Shown in pieces: positions 7,701 to 15,729 of a stretch of 38,172 nt of DNA; position 1 is the stretch's first letter; each line of letters starts with the position of its first letter. Location of the stretch: the IMG/VR virus record IMGVR_UViG_3300005077_000048, positions 1-38,172 of that record; one strand, 5' to 3'. Below the pieces are notes generated by a model, which was not told where the DNA came from, searched no databases, and saw only the letters and a list, made by a program, of their open reading frames with translations. A program made the translations under genes and the position numbers. The stretch comes from a virus.

Positions 7701-8585
7701 TTACACGCCTAGTCCTCCGAGGAATCCTGTGGATTGTCCGGCATTCATCATGCCTTCCTTCACGCGGTCCTCGTCGCTCTTCACGGGCTTGCCGTCGGAG
7801 CCGTCCTGCTTTTCTACGGCAGTCTTCGGCTTCTTCTTTTTGCCCTCTCCACCTGCATCATCCTTCTTTTCAGAAGGCTTGATGTTCATGGCCTTGTCGG
7901 CCTTCTCGCAGGCTTCCTTGAGCGTCACGATCTTGCCCTTCGCGTTCGCGGCCTCGATGATTGAGAGCACGATTTCTCGGTACTCCTTGTTCTCCTTGAG
8001 GTGCGGGTGCGCCTTGGTCGCTTCCTTGATCTCTCGCGAGACGTTGGTCTTGACCTCGTTTGAGCGCTCGATCGCGTTCTTTGCGATTTCAGTCGCCTTC
8101 TCTGTGATCTTTCGGTTGAGATGGCGGGCGAATTCCTTCGGGCTCATCTTGGCGATCTCTTCGTCGGACAGCCCGATGTCGAAGTCTTCCTCTTCGCCAT
8201 CCTTGTTTTTGGTGTCCTCCTCCTTCGCCTTGATGCCCTTCGAGGTGAGGAATTTCTGGGCCATTTCAAGCGCCTTCTCACCGATCATCCCCTCGAGCTC
8301 GGTGTAGCTCTTGGCGATTTCCTCGGCAGACTTGCCCTTGAATTTGTCGGGCATTACGAATGCTTTGCCCTTCTTCTTGCCCTTGTCTTCCTCCTCGTCT
8401 TCATCGTCAGACTCATCCTCGGATTCGTCCTCATCGGTTTCGTCCTCGGAGTCTTCGTCTTCCGAATCCTCTTCGTCCTCCGCATCCGAATCTGAGTCTG
8501 TGTCCTCAGCTTCGGCCGCGTCGGTATCCTCTTCTTCTTCGTCGAGGATCTCTTCGTCACGGTTCTCGTCGCTTTTTGTTGACAT
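7701..8585 (-). CDS. Scaffolding protein with poly-acidic N-terminus, 294 aa
   Basis: MPDKFKGKSAEEIAKSYTELEGMIG motif, as recalled from podovirus scaffold/capsid-assembly proteins. Coiled-coil-like composition. Position before the capsid gene. Confidence 0.7.
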   Translation of the reverse strand: MSTKSDENRDEEILDEEEEDTDAAEAEDTDSDSDAEDEEDSEDEDSEDETDEDESEDESDDEDEEEDKGKKKGKAFVMPDKFKGKSAEEIAKSYTELEGMIGEKALEMAQKFLTSKGIKAKEEDTKNKDGEEEDFDIGLSDEEIAKMSPKEFARHLNRKITEKATEIAKNAIERSNEVKTNVSREIKEATKAHPHLKENKEYREIVLSIIEAANAKGKIVTLKEACEKADKAMNIKPSEKKDDAGGEGKKKKPKTAVEKQDGSDGKPVKSDEDRVKEGMMNAGQSTGFLGGLGV

Positions 8586-8615
8586 AAGTTTGCTTTGTTA
8601 CTTAACGATTTATAA

Positions 8616-8942
8616 TTACTTCCCGCCTCCGCGCACCGACACGAGCCGGTCGAAGAGGTTCTTGGTCCCCTTCACCGCCTTGCCGATGGCTTTCCCAGCC
8701 TTCTGGTATGGAGGCGTGAAGAGGTCCTTGCCTTCCTCGGTGTCTAGGCCGAGGGTCTTGCGGTAGTTCTCTTCGCTCCCGAAGTTCTCGCGGATCATGC
8801 GATCGTCGCGGTCCTTTCGGGCCTGCTCCATTTCCTTTGCGGCTGTACCGTCCCAGCCCTTCTTCATGTTGGCGAGCGTGCCTTTCGCCACGTTCTTAGC
8901 CCCCATGCGGAGCGCTGTCAGTTTCTTTTTGAATTCATCCAT
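8616..8942 (-). CDS. Hypothetical protein, 108 aa (start at MDEFKKK)
   Basis: Internal ATG 8942 of ORF 8616..9161. The upstream 73 codons overlap gene 8935..9210 in another frame and are Ser/Arg-rich. Confidence 0.55.
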   Translation of the reverse strand: MDEFKKKLTALRMGAKNVAKGTLANMKKGWDGTAAKEMEQARKDRDDRMIRENFGSEENYRKTLGLDTEEGKDLFTPPYQKAGKAIGKAVKGTKNLFDRLVSVRGGGK

Positions 8943-9210
8943 GGTTTTGTCGTGTGGCCTCTTCGTACTCCTCCTTGATCTCGGTGACAATTTCAAGGAC
9001 GCGCTCGAGGCCGTTGATGCGCTGAATGCGTGCGATGTAGTCGGAGCCGATGTCCGAGAGAGCCCGTCCCTCGAGGTCGATTCGGCGAAGATCCGCAAGG
9101 GTTGCCTGCGTCTCTTCTTCGATCTTCCGCTTGATGATGCTCCACCCTTCGGTGCGCTCAAGCTCTTGGATCGCCAAGCCGTTCTCGATTGTTCGTTCTT
9201 TCTCGTTCAT
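8935..9210 (-). CDS. Hypothetical protein, 91 aa
   Basis: ORF preceded by GGAGAATAAACCT-ATG (Shine-Dalgarno-like). Confidence 0.6.
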   Translation of the reverse strand: MNEKERTIENGLAIQELERTEGWSIIKRKIEEETQATLADLRRIDLEGRALSDIGSDYIARIQRINGLERVLEIVTEIKEEYEEATRQNHG

Positions 9211-9214
9211 AGGT

Positions 9215-9451
9215 TTATTCTCCTTCCTCTTCGCTTTCAGGGACCTTCATCCCCGCTTCTGCCTCAGCTCCCATGCCTCCCATTTCTGGTTCAGCTTGGA
9301 GAGCCTTGACCGCTTCGACGACTGCGTTGATTGCGTCAGCGCGTGTCATCTCTGCATCGATGGCAAGCTGGTCTTCGACCGCTTTCACGATCTCTTCCTG
9401 CAGTGTTGCCTTCTCTTCAGGAGTCAGCATTTTGTTTGGTTCCATATGCAT
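9215..9451 (-). CDS. Hypothetical acidic protein, 78 aa
   Basis: ORF MHMEPNKML... The alternative ATG at 9445 has the CATATG context. Confidence 0.55.
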   Translation of the reverse strand: MHMEPNKMLTPEEKATLQEEIVKAVEDQLAIDAEMTRADAINAVVEAVKALQAEPEMGGMGAEAEAGMKVPESEEEGE

Positions 9452-9482
9452 TCAGTGATTAGTTGGTTGATAAAATTCGACC

Positions 9483-9893
9483 TTATACGATCGGCAACGG
9501 CTTTGCCCAGTTGTGCAAGATGCCGGTGATTGCGATCGGTGCAGTGTCCGCGGCACCCGACGCTGTCATGGTTACGACTGCGCGAAGGTATCGCTTCGTT
9601 CTCTGCACTTGGAAGGTGAGCTCGCCTGCGGCTGTTGCCGTCTGCTCTGCACCTCCATCGGCGACGGTTTCGGATGCGTCCGAGAAGTCGTCGTCGTTTG
9701 ATTCCTCGATCTTGACCTTCACGTTGGTGAGGTCAGCACCGAAGGTTCCGATGTTCGCTCTGATGAGCGCCGCGTCGAACGGACCGCCTGACGCCATCGT
9801 ATCGATGATAGATGATGTCGGTTCGCTGTCTTCATCCGCGACGACTGGTGCCACGAAGGTTGCCAGTCTGATGTAGTCTCCTAGAGTTTTCAT
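9483..9893 (-). CDS. Hypothetical head-module protein (possible decoration protein), 136 aa
   Basis: ORF between portal and scaffold. Conserved leader motif upstream. No diagnostic motif. Confidence 0.45.
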   Translation of the reverse strand: MKTLGDYIRLATFVAPVVADEDSEPTSSIIDTMASGGPFDAALIRANIGTFGADLTNVKVKIEESNDDDFSDASETVADGGAEQTATAAGELTFQVQRTKRYLRAVVTMTASGAADTAPIAITGILHNWAKPLPIV

Positions 9894-9917
9894 ATCGTTG
9901 GTGTGATTAGTTGGTTG

Positions 9918-11051
9918 TTAATACTCGACCACGGCCACGTCGGTTGATGCGCCGACTGCGATCACGCTGATCGTAGTGACGCCTTCGTCGATACCGAAGT
10001 CGACCGTCTCTCCCTGGTGGATGTAGGCGTCGAAGTTCGCGCCTTCGCTTCCTCCGAGGAAGGTTGTTACCCCTACGCCGAAGGATCCGTTTGCGATCGT
10101 CTCGGCTACAGGGTACTCGTTGCCAGCCTCTCCGAGGGTTTGAGCCTCGAATACCTGGCTGTCGTTCGCGTTCGTTGTTGCGAGCACGTCGGTCGGCTGT
10201 GCGGTGCCTGTCGAGTAGTTGGTGCCTTCAGTTGCTCCACCGTTTACCGCGAGCTTGAGGTTATCAAGAGCGGCCGCGCTGTCTGCTCCGAAGAGCACTT
10301 GGTTTGCGATGGCTGATGCGCCGTTGGTCTCTGAGAGGACGTCCACGATGCTGTATGTCACGTCGTTTACGGTCACGGTCTCTGGTGCGACGCCTGGGTT
10401 TGATGCCCCTGTACCGCCTCCGAGAGTCGTGTCAGGCCATGATAGGGTCGCGTCGAGCGAGGTTGTTGCCTTGCTGTTTGCGGCCGTTCCCGGTACGCGT
10501 GCCACCACCTTCTGGGTAGTGTCGGCGTTGTCGGTTGCCACCACGTCTGGGTGAGCCACGGTGCCCGTTGCGTAGGTTGTGCCTGCGCCTGCGGTCGCGT
10601 TGATCGCGCTCTTCAAGTTGTCGAGTGCGGTTGCATCGCTTGCGCCGATGAGTACCTCGTAAGGTACTGCTGGGCCCGATGATAGGGCCGTCTTGAAGGT
10701 GTATGTGATCGCGCCGATCGTGATCTGGCTTCCGTCCACGATGGTGTTTGCGGTCACGACGCTTTCTGCGTGCTTTCCTGGCGTGATTACTCCCGTCAGT
10801 GTGAGCGTTGCAGTCGCCTTTGTCGCCTGATCCTTGCTTGCGTTCGCTTGTGAGCGAAGAAGGATACCTCCTCCGATTGCCGATACTCTCACGAAGCCTG
10901 TGGCTTCGTTGAGCACGATGTCGAGGGGCGATGCAGTAGGCACGTCTTCGAAGTAGTACCGCGCGTTTGCGTCCTTGAGGACGATCGCAGGCAGAGTGAA
11001 CCCTGCCGGTGCTCCTTTTGCTTGTGCGAATTCTGGGTGTCTCTTTTGCAT
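9918..11051 (-). CDS. Head-module protein with an internal ~85-aa duplication, 377 aa
   Basis: Two repeats sharing (I/V)T(Y)(T/S)...VL(I/F)GA..A.ALDNLK.A(I/V)N...G(T/N)Y(A/S)TGT...(D/T)V(V/L)AT.NA. Confidence 0.55.
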   Translation of the reverse strand: MQKRHPEFAQAKGAPAGFTLPAIVLKDANARYYFEDVPTASPLDIVLNEATGFVRVSAIGGGILLRSQANASKDQATKATATLTLTGVITPGKHAESVVTANTIVDGSQITIGAITYTFKTALSSGPAVPYEVLIGASDATALDNLKSAINATAGAGTTYATGTVAHPDVVATDNADTTQKVVARVPGTAANSKATTSLDATLSWPDTTLGGGTGASNPGVAPETVTVNDVTYSIVDVLSETNGASAIANQVLFGADSAAALDNLKLAVNGGATEGTNYSTGTAQPTDVLATTNANDSQVFEAQTLGEAGNEYPVAETIANGSFGVGVTTFLGGSEGANFDAYIHQGETVDFGIDEGVTTISVIAVGASTDVAVVEY

Positions 11052-11064
11052 ATGCTTTTAATTA

Positions 11065-13107
11065 TTATCTGTTAATTGCCCCTCTCGCTCGCGCGATCAG
11101 GTTTTGGAGAAAGCCTCCTTGCGGAGCGGCCGTCTCTGCAGTAGTCGCCCCTTCAGGTGGAATGAGCGCCTCTGGTCCGGGGAGCCCTTGCCGTATAAGC
11201 TCGGGTACCGGATTATCCGCTATCCCCTCTGCGGGTCCGTTCGGCACTCTGGCCGTTATTGGTCGCTCCGATGCGCCCGCTTCGACCTGCGGTGCGCTTT
11301 CTGGCTTCGGTGTCTCTATCTTGAGTTCGGGTGCAAGGATGTCGGCGTACTCTTCATAGCCCATCTTCTCGACGATGAGTTTCTGCAGGGTCGCCTTCTT
11401 CTTCTTCCATGCGTTCACCTCTTCAGGTGTGCCGCCTTCGGGCTTGTCGTCTACCACGAAGAGCTTGTACATCTCGAGGACTTCCTTCGCTTCCTGCTCG
11501 GCCGTCTTTTCCTTCTTCGGCACGACGTCCACGAATGCGTCCACTTCCACGTTCTTGTCTTCCTTGGTGAACTTGCCCCAGCGCACCTTCTTGCCGAGGA
11601 TGCGGAAGCTCTTCTCATCTCCGAGGAATTCGCGGTTCATTTGGATGAGCGCGTTTGCAAGCTCGGTGATGGCTATCTCCATCTGGCGCACGAGGAGGCT
11701 GAATCGGATGTTGGTCTGCATGAGCAGGATCTCCACCTTTGAGGCTGGCTCTTGGTTGCCCTTCGGCAAGCCTTGGGTGTATTCGCTGAGTGCGAGCGAG
11801 GTCTGCACTTCGCGGCGTAGGAGGTTGTCCTTCTCTACCCACTGTCGGCTGATCTCGGGACCTCGTTCGATGACCACGTCATCGGCTTTTTGCAGGTACC
11901 AGATTGCACCAGGCTTGTGCACGATGTCGCTGTCCTTGTAGCCCTGTCCCTTCTTTACCTTGCGGATCGGGTCGAGGCTGAACACGATGTCGTCCATCGC
12001 TTGGTTTCGTGAGTCGGCAATCTCATGGATTGTCGTTTCCACCGGTTCGAGGTGGCTCATTGCGTAGTATTCCCAGTTGAGCGTGATGTCTGGCAGGTCG
12101 ATGAAGACTTGGCCGCCGTTCACGTTCGCGTATGGGTTGTCGTCATTTCGGACCGCTTTCTTGCGGTTGAAGATGGTGATGAGTTTTCCTTCGATGTGGT
12201 CCCAGCATTCCCAGATTTCCACCACCTTGTCGCCCGCCATTTTGTCTGGCGTCGATGATCCGTTTCCGGTGGTCTGGTCTATCGCTTGATCCTTGTTCTT
12301 GCGGTCGTCGATCTGGCCCATCTTGAGGGTGTTGATCTCGTAGCGCTGTCGGCGTGGGTCGTCTGGCGTTTCGCTTCCTTCGTCGATCTTCTCCCACTTC
12401 TTCGACTTGATGAGTGACTTCTCTACCACTTCGCCGGTCTCTTCGTCGAGCTCCATGACGGTGTAGAGCGGATCCTCTCCGCGCTTCTTCTCGTCACGCT
12501 CAATGACCGCCTTCGACTTGAAGGCTTGCTTGATTTCCCAGCGTGAATTCTTCAGGCGCTTCATGGCCTGCGGGTCTGGGTAGAATAGGAAGTTGTCGAC
12601 TACCTCGATGTACGGGTCGCCGTCTTCGTCTCCGTCCCACATGATCTGCAGGACTCCGTTTCCGAACATGAGTTGCGCGTTGATCCATTCGATCTTCTTG
12701 TCGTCGAATTCCATCACCTGCAGGTCGTATTCGAGCAGGTCATCCCATTGCTGAATGCTCGGGCTGTTCTCGTTTTCCTGCTTGGTTGGGTAGAGGTTGA
12801 TTTTTATTTCTGCCGATGCGAGACGAGGCTTCACGGTCTCGATGATCTCGAAGCCTGTCGGTGGCATGAGGCTTGTTCCGTATGCATAGTTCGATGCCGC
12901 GCGGTATGCACGGTAGAGCTTGTACATGCGAAGGTTGCGGTCGATGAACGGCCTGCGGAATGTTTCCGCTCGGCTGAATCTCGACGTCCACATTTCGACC
13001 AGCTTCTTCTCCTCTTCCTCGTTAGTATCTGTCGGCTTCAAATCCACCGCCTCTTGGTCAGGAAGTTTGGTGTCGGGTCGTGTTTCGATTTCGCTTTTTT
13101 CTGCCAT
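11065..13107 (-). CDS. Portal protein, 680 aa
   Basis: Size and position immediately downstream of the large terminase. No family motif verified by eye. Confidence 0.7.
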   Translation of the reverse strand: MAEKSEIETRPDTKLPDQEAVDLKPTDTNEEEEKKLVEMWTSRFSRAETFRRPFIDRNLRMYKLYRAYRAASNYAYGTSLMPPTGFEIIETVKPRLASAEIKINLYPTKQENENSPSIQQWDDLLEYDLQVMEFDDKKIEWINAQLMFGNGVLQIMWDGDEDGDPYIEVVDNFLFYPDPQAMKRLKNSRWEIKQAFKSKAVIERDEKKRGEDPLYTVMELDEETGEVVEKSLIKSKKWEKIDEGSETPDDPRRQRYEINTLKMGQIDDRKNKDQAIDQTTGNGSSTPDKMAGDKVVEIWECWDHIEGKLITIFNRKKAVRNDDNPYANVNGGQVFIDLPDITLNWEYYAMSHLEPVETTIHEIADSRNQAMDDIVFSLDPIRKVKKGQGYKDSDIVHKPGAIWYLQKADDVVIERGPEISRQWVEKDNLLRREVQTSLALSEYTQGLPKGNQEPASKVEILLMQTNIRFSLLVRQMEIAITELANALIQMNREFLGDEKSFRILGKKVRWGKFTKEDKNVEVDAFVDVVPKKEKTAEQEAKEVLEMYKLFVVDDKPEGGTPEEVNAWKKKKATLQKLIVEKMGYEEYADILAPELKIETPKPESAPQVEAGASERPITARVPNGPAEGIADNPVPELIRQGLPGPEALIPPEGATTAETAAPQGGFLQNLIARARGAINR

Positions 13108-13181
13108 AGATTTATGTTGAGTTAATTATAACGCTTTTAGTTGTGCTTGCATAGTTGTCAAGTATGTGTATATCCCCAATG

Positions 13182-14828
13182 CTACTCCGCTTCCGTTTTT
13201 GCCTTCCTCTCGAGTGCGATCTTGAAGTATATGAGGGCGTGCAGGAGGTCGTCCTTGCCGGTTGATACCCATTCGCGGCTTGCGATGCCGAGCCTGTCGG
13301 TCACCGTTCGCGCGTAGGTCGTTTCCACGTGGTCGATGAGCATCTTGATTGCCTCGTCGTGCGGACCGTAGAAGAAGCGGATCCTGCCGTTCTTGAGGTC
13401 TGACAGCACGAGGTCGATGATGCGGTCGCGTTCCGTGAGCACCCTGATCTCCTCTTCGAAGTCCTTTTGGTCCCCCGTGAAGTCGTCGTCTGAGAAGCGT
13501 ATCACCTTGGCCTTCTTCGGGTCGTCCTTGTACCAGTTCACCCATACCCTGCCCGGGAATCGCTTGGCCGCGTCGATTGAGTCCTGCGGTTTGTAGCCTC
13601 CGTCGATGACGCAGTAGCGCACGTCGTATGCCTCCATGAGCTCTGCCCAGCGGTCCCACTTGCTCTTGCCGTGTTTGCCGTGGCTCTCGATGTATTCCTC
13701 GCTGTCTCGCACCTTTGCGATGACGAATATGCCTTCCTCGGTTCCTATCTGCAGGTAGAGCTCGCGTTCCTGAACGTCCACGCCCATGCATGAGTTGAGC
13801 TCGATGTGGTCTCGGTTAGTGAGGTTGCGGAGGATGAGGTCTTTGCTGATTCGGCTTTCGCTCGAGACGTATGGAAGCCCTAGCTTGTGGTTATAGAAAT
13901 AATCCATTGTCGCCTCGTTCTTGCCGGCCAGCGCATCGTTGTAGTAGTCGACGAGTGAAGCGCATGTGATCCACGGGATGATCATCTGGGTCATGAGGTA
14001 GCCCCGTCGCTTTCGCCCCGGGTACTTTGCCTTCCAGCGTCCGGTCCCTTCAGGGTTCGCCTTGCTTCTTGGTCTGATCCATTCGGGCTTCAGGTCCTTT
14101 CCGCAGGTACTGCAGATGTATACCTTCCGCTCGAGGCTCACGTTTGCGGGCCACTCCATGTGTTGTTCCTTTCCGCAGTGTCCGCAGTTGAAGCGCCAGT
14201 GCCTCTGGTCACTTTCGAGGATCACCTTGTTGATGCCGTAGTTCGGCACGGTCGGCGTCGAGATGTATCGTTTCTGCCTGAGCGAGTCCCAACCTTCCTG
14301 TCGTGAGTCGTATATTCCGATCGACTGCATCTCAGACTTGTCGAGCTCGTCGTAGGTGTTGCGGTCCGATGTGAGCATGAGCGATTCGCTCTCCGACTTC
14401 GTTCCCTTGAAATAGAGGAAGCCTTTGCCGAATTGTTTCTGGCTCACGCTCTCCACCTCCTTGTCCTTCACGAGCATCTTGATCGCGGGGTTGCGCTTGA
14501 TCATCTCGTTCACCTTCGAAGGCACGAACTTGTTCACCGCGTCGATTGTCGGCAAGGTGTGGATCTGGTTGATGCCGAAGTACCGACTGTCGTGTATCTC
14601 AGAGAGTATGGCCCATGTTGACACTCCAGCCTGCGACGGTTTCTGTATGGCTACCTCTTGATGTTTCTCCTCGGGTGGTAGGTCGTAGAGCTCATTGAGA
14701 AAGAAGTGCGGGCTGTTTTTGCCCACGTCTATCACCTTCCCCTTCTCGTTTACGATGCCCTTGGCTTTGATCCACGCTCTGGTACTGGCGCGTATCGCCG
14801 CCTCGACCATCGGATCATAGTTACTCAT
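13182..14828 (-). CDS. terL: Terminase large subunit (GpA-like), 548 aa
   Basis: Walker A-like KPSQAGVST, acidic YDELD. Zinc-ribbon-like FNCGHCGKEQHMEW...CSTCG, as in lambda gpA-type terminases. C-terminal nuclease-sized domain. Confidence 0.8.
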   Translation of the reverse strand: MSNYDPMVEAAIRASTRAWIKAKGIVNEKGKVIDVGKNSPHFFLNELYDLPPEEKHQEVAIQKPSQAGVSTWAILSEIHDSRYFGINQIHTLPTIDAVNKFVPSKVNEMIKRNPAIKMLVKDKEVESVSQKQFGKGFLYFKGTKSESESLMLTSDRNTYDELDKSEMQSIGIYDSRQEGWDSLRQKRYISTPTVPNYGINKVILESDQRHWRFNCGHCGKEQHMEWPANVSLERKVYICSTCGKDLKPEWIRPRSKANPEGTGRWKAKYPGRKRRGYLMTQMIIPWITCASLVDYYNDALAGKNEATMDYFYNHKLGLPYVSSESRISKDLILRNLTNRDHIELNSCMGVDVQERELYLQIGTEEGIFVIAKVRDSEEYIESHGKHGKSKWDRWAELMEAYDVRYCVIDGGYKPQDSIDAAKRFPGRVWVNWYKDDPKKAKVIRFSDDDFTGDQKDFEEEIRVLTERDRIIDLVLSDLKNGRIRFFYGPHDEAIKMLIDHVETTYARTVTDRLGIASREWVSTGKDDLLHALIYFKIALERKAKTEAE

Positions 14829-15378
14829 CGTCGTCGAGTGCTTTTAGGTATGCCTCCGCGGCCGCCTTTTCTGCCTTGGTTGGTAGGCGTTGCTCTTCGA
14901 CCTTAATCTCGCCGGAGTGCTCTATCTCCTGCTTTGATTTTCCGAGCGTGCGGTCTAGGTACTCCTTCGCGGCTGGAATGTTTTTGTTCTTCAGCCCTTC
15001 ATGCGCGAGCATGTCGAGCAGTGCCACGAGTCGAGGCTTCTTCTGCTTCTTCACCTCGTTCGTTCCTCGATCCGTAACGACCACCTCGACTTCTTCCATG
15101 AGGTGTTGCTCCTTGATTTCAATGACCTTCTGGCTCTTGGTGAGTGACGTCGGAGCGCTGTTGCCTTCGCGTAGATCTGGGACGTTTCCACCCTCAGATT
15201 TAATTCGGTGTAATTCGGTGCGGAGTTGCTTCTCGGTCATCTTCTCTACACCAATGACACCCGCTTTCGCGAGTCGTTCCTGCAGTCTCTGCTTCTTTGT
15301 TTTAGGACCAGCTCCGTGCTTCTCCGGCTTAGGAGATTTCGACGGGGCCGGAGCTTTGCTCTCGGTTATCCCTTTCAT
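14821..15378 (-). CDS. Putative terminase small subunit, 185 aa (start MKGITESK)
   Basis: Lys-rich ORF overlapping the terL start by 8 nt (ATGAGTAA). ATG 15378 sits 6 nt from a TGCTATACT promoter element. The upstream 27 codons of track ORF 14821..15459 cross the promoter/terminator. Confidence 0.55.
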   Translation of the reverse strand: MKGITESKAPAPSKSPKPEKHGAGPKTKKQRLQERLAKAGVIGVEKMTEKQLRTELHRIKSEGGNVPDLREGNSAPTSLTKSQKVIEIKEQHLMEEVEVVVTDRGTNEVKKQKKPRLVALLDMLAHEGLKNKNIPAAKEYLDRTLGKSKQEIEHSGEIKVEEQRLPTKAEKAAAEAYLKALDDDE

Positions 15379-15384
15379 GGTTTT

Positions 15385-15410
15385 AGTATAGCACCGTTTT
15401 CTTTTGTCAA
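15385..15410 (-). promoter_or_regulatory. Sigma70-like promoter (TTGACA-14 nt-TGCTATACT) abutting the terS ATG
   Basis: Minus strand: TTGACAAAAGAAAACGGTGCTATACTAAAACCATG. Perfect -35, extended -10, short 14-nt spacer. Confidence 0.55.
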
Positions 15411-15416
15411 GAAGAT

Positions 15417-15443
15417 AGCCCCCTGCATTTCTGCGAGGGGGCT
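15417..15443 (-). terminator. Intrinsic terminator at the early/late boundary
   Basis: Minus strand AGCCCCCTCGCA-GAAA-TGCAGGGGGCT followed by ATCTTCTT. Confidence 0.65.
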
Positions 15444-15542
15444 GTGGAGAAGTCCGCACGATGCGGGCCTGTTTGCCTTGGCCGGAGCCGTGGCTATGTG
15501 GTGTGTCCCGATGTGGTGCAAAGAGCTACTCCGCTTCTTATT

Positions 15543-15725
15543 CTACCTCTTTCCTTTTTTCTTTGCACGTTGCTTGTGCACTTTGATTGCGCGGACCTCG
15601 ACCTGCCACATCTCCTCCCCCTTCTCGACCTTCACGTCAGTGTCGGCGTAGAGCTCGAGGTGGGTGATCGTCGGGCGTTTGGAGTTCACTATCGCATAGA
15701 GGATCTTTGGTCTTGGTTTGCTCAT
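15543..15725 (-). CDS. Hypothetical basic protein, 60 aa (start MSKPRPK)
   Basis: ATG 15725 lies 4 nt after the tRNA-like 3' end. The longer track ORF 15543..15764 would read through the tRNA-like gene. Confidence 0.5.
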   Translation of the reverse strand: MSKPRPKILYAIVNSKRPTITHLELYADTDVKVEKGEEMWQVEVRAIKVHKQRAKKKGKR

Positions 15726-15729
15726 AAGG

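Noticed and set aside
13125-13161. Perfect TTGACA and TATAAT hexamers in the terL-portal spacer as a promoter.
   Set aside because: The two hexamers are 25 nt apart, far outside the 16-18 nt window. The TATAAT alone may still act, but I cannot support a promoter call.
13126-13791. Arg/Gly/His-rich minus-strand alternate-frame ORFs (also 27931..28689, 19283..19750, 385..840 and the upstream part of 21073..21975).
   Set aside because: They overlap well-supported genes (terminase, helicase, exonuclease, fibre) in a frame that rarely acquires stops, because T is rare at the third codon position. Their composition is not protein-like.
14535-14543. A CACCGCGTC 9-mer inside terL that is complementary to the acceptor-like strand of the orphan T-arm at 4993-5001 (a possible split tRNA).
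   Set aside because: It lies 9.5 kb away within a coding region. A single 9-mer match is expected by chance about 0.3 times in a genome of this size.
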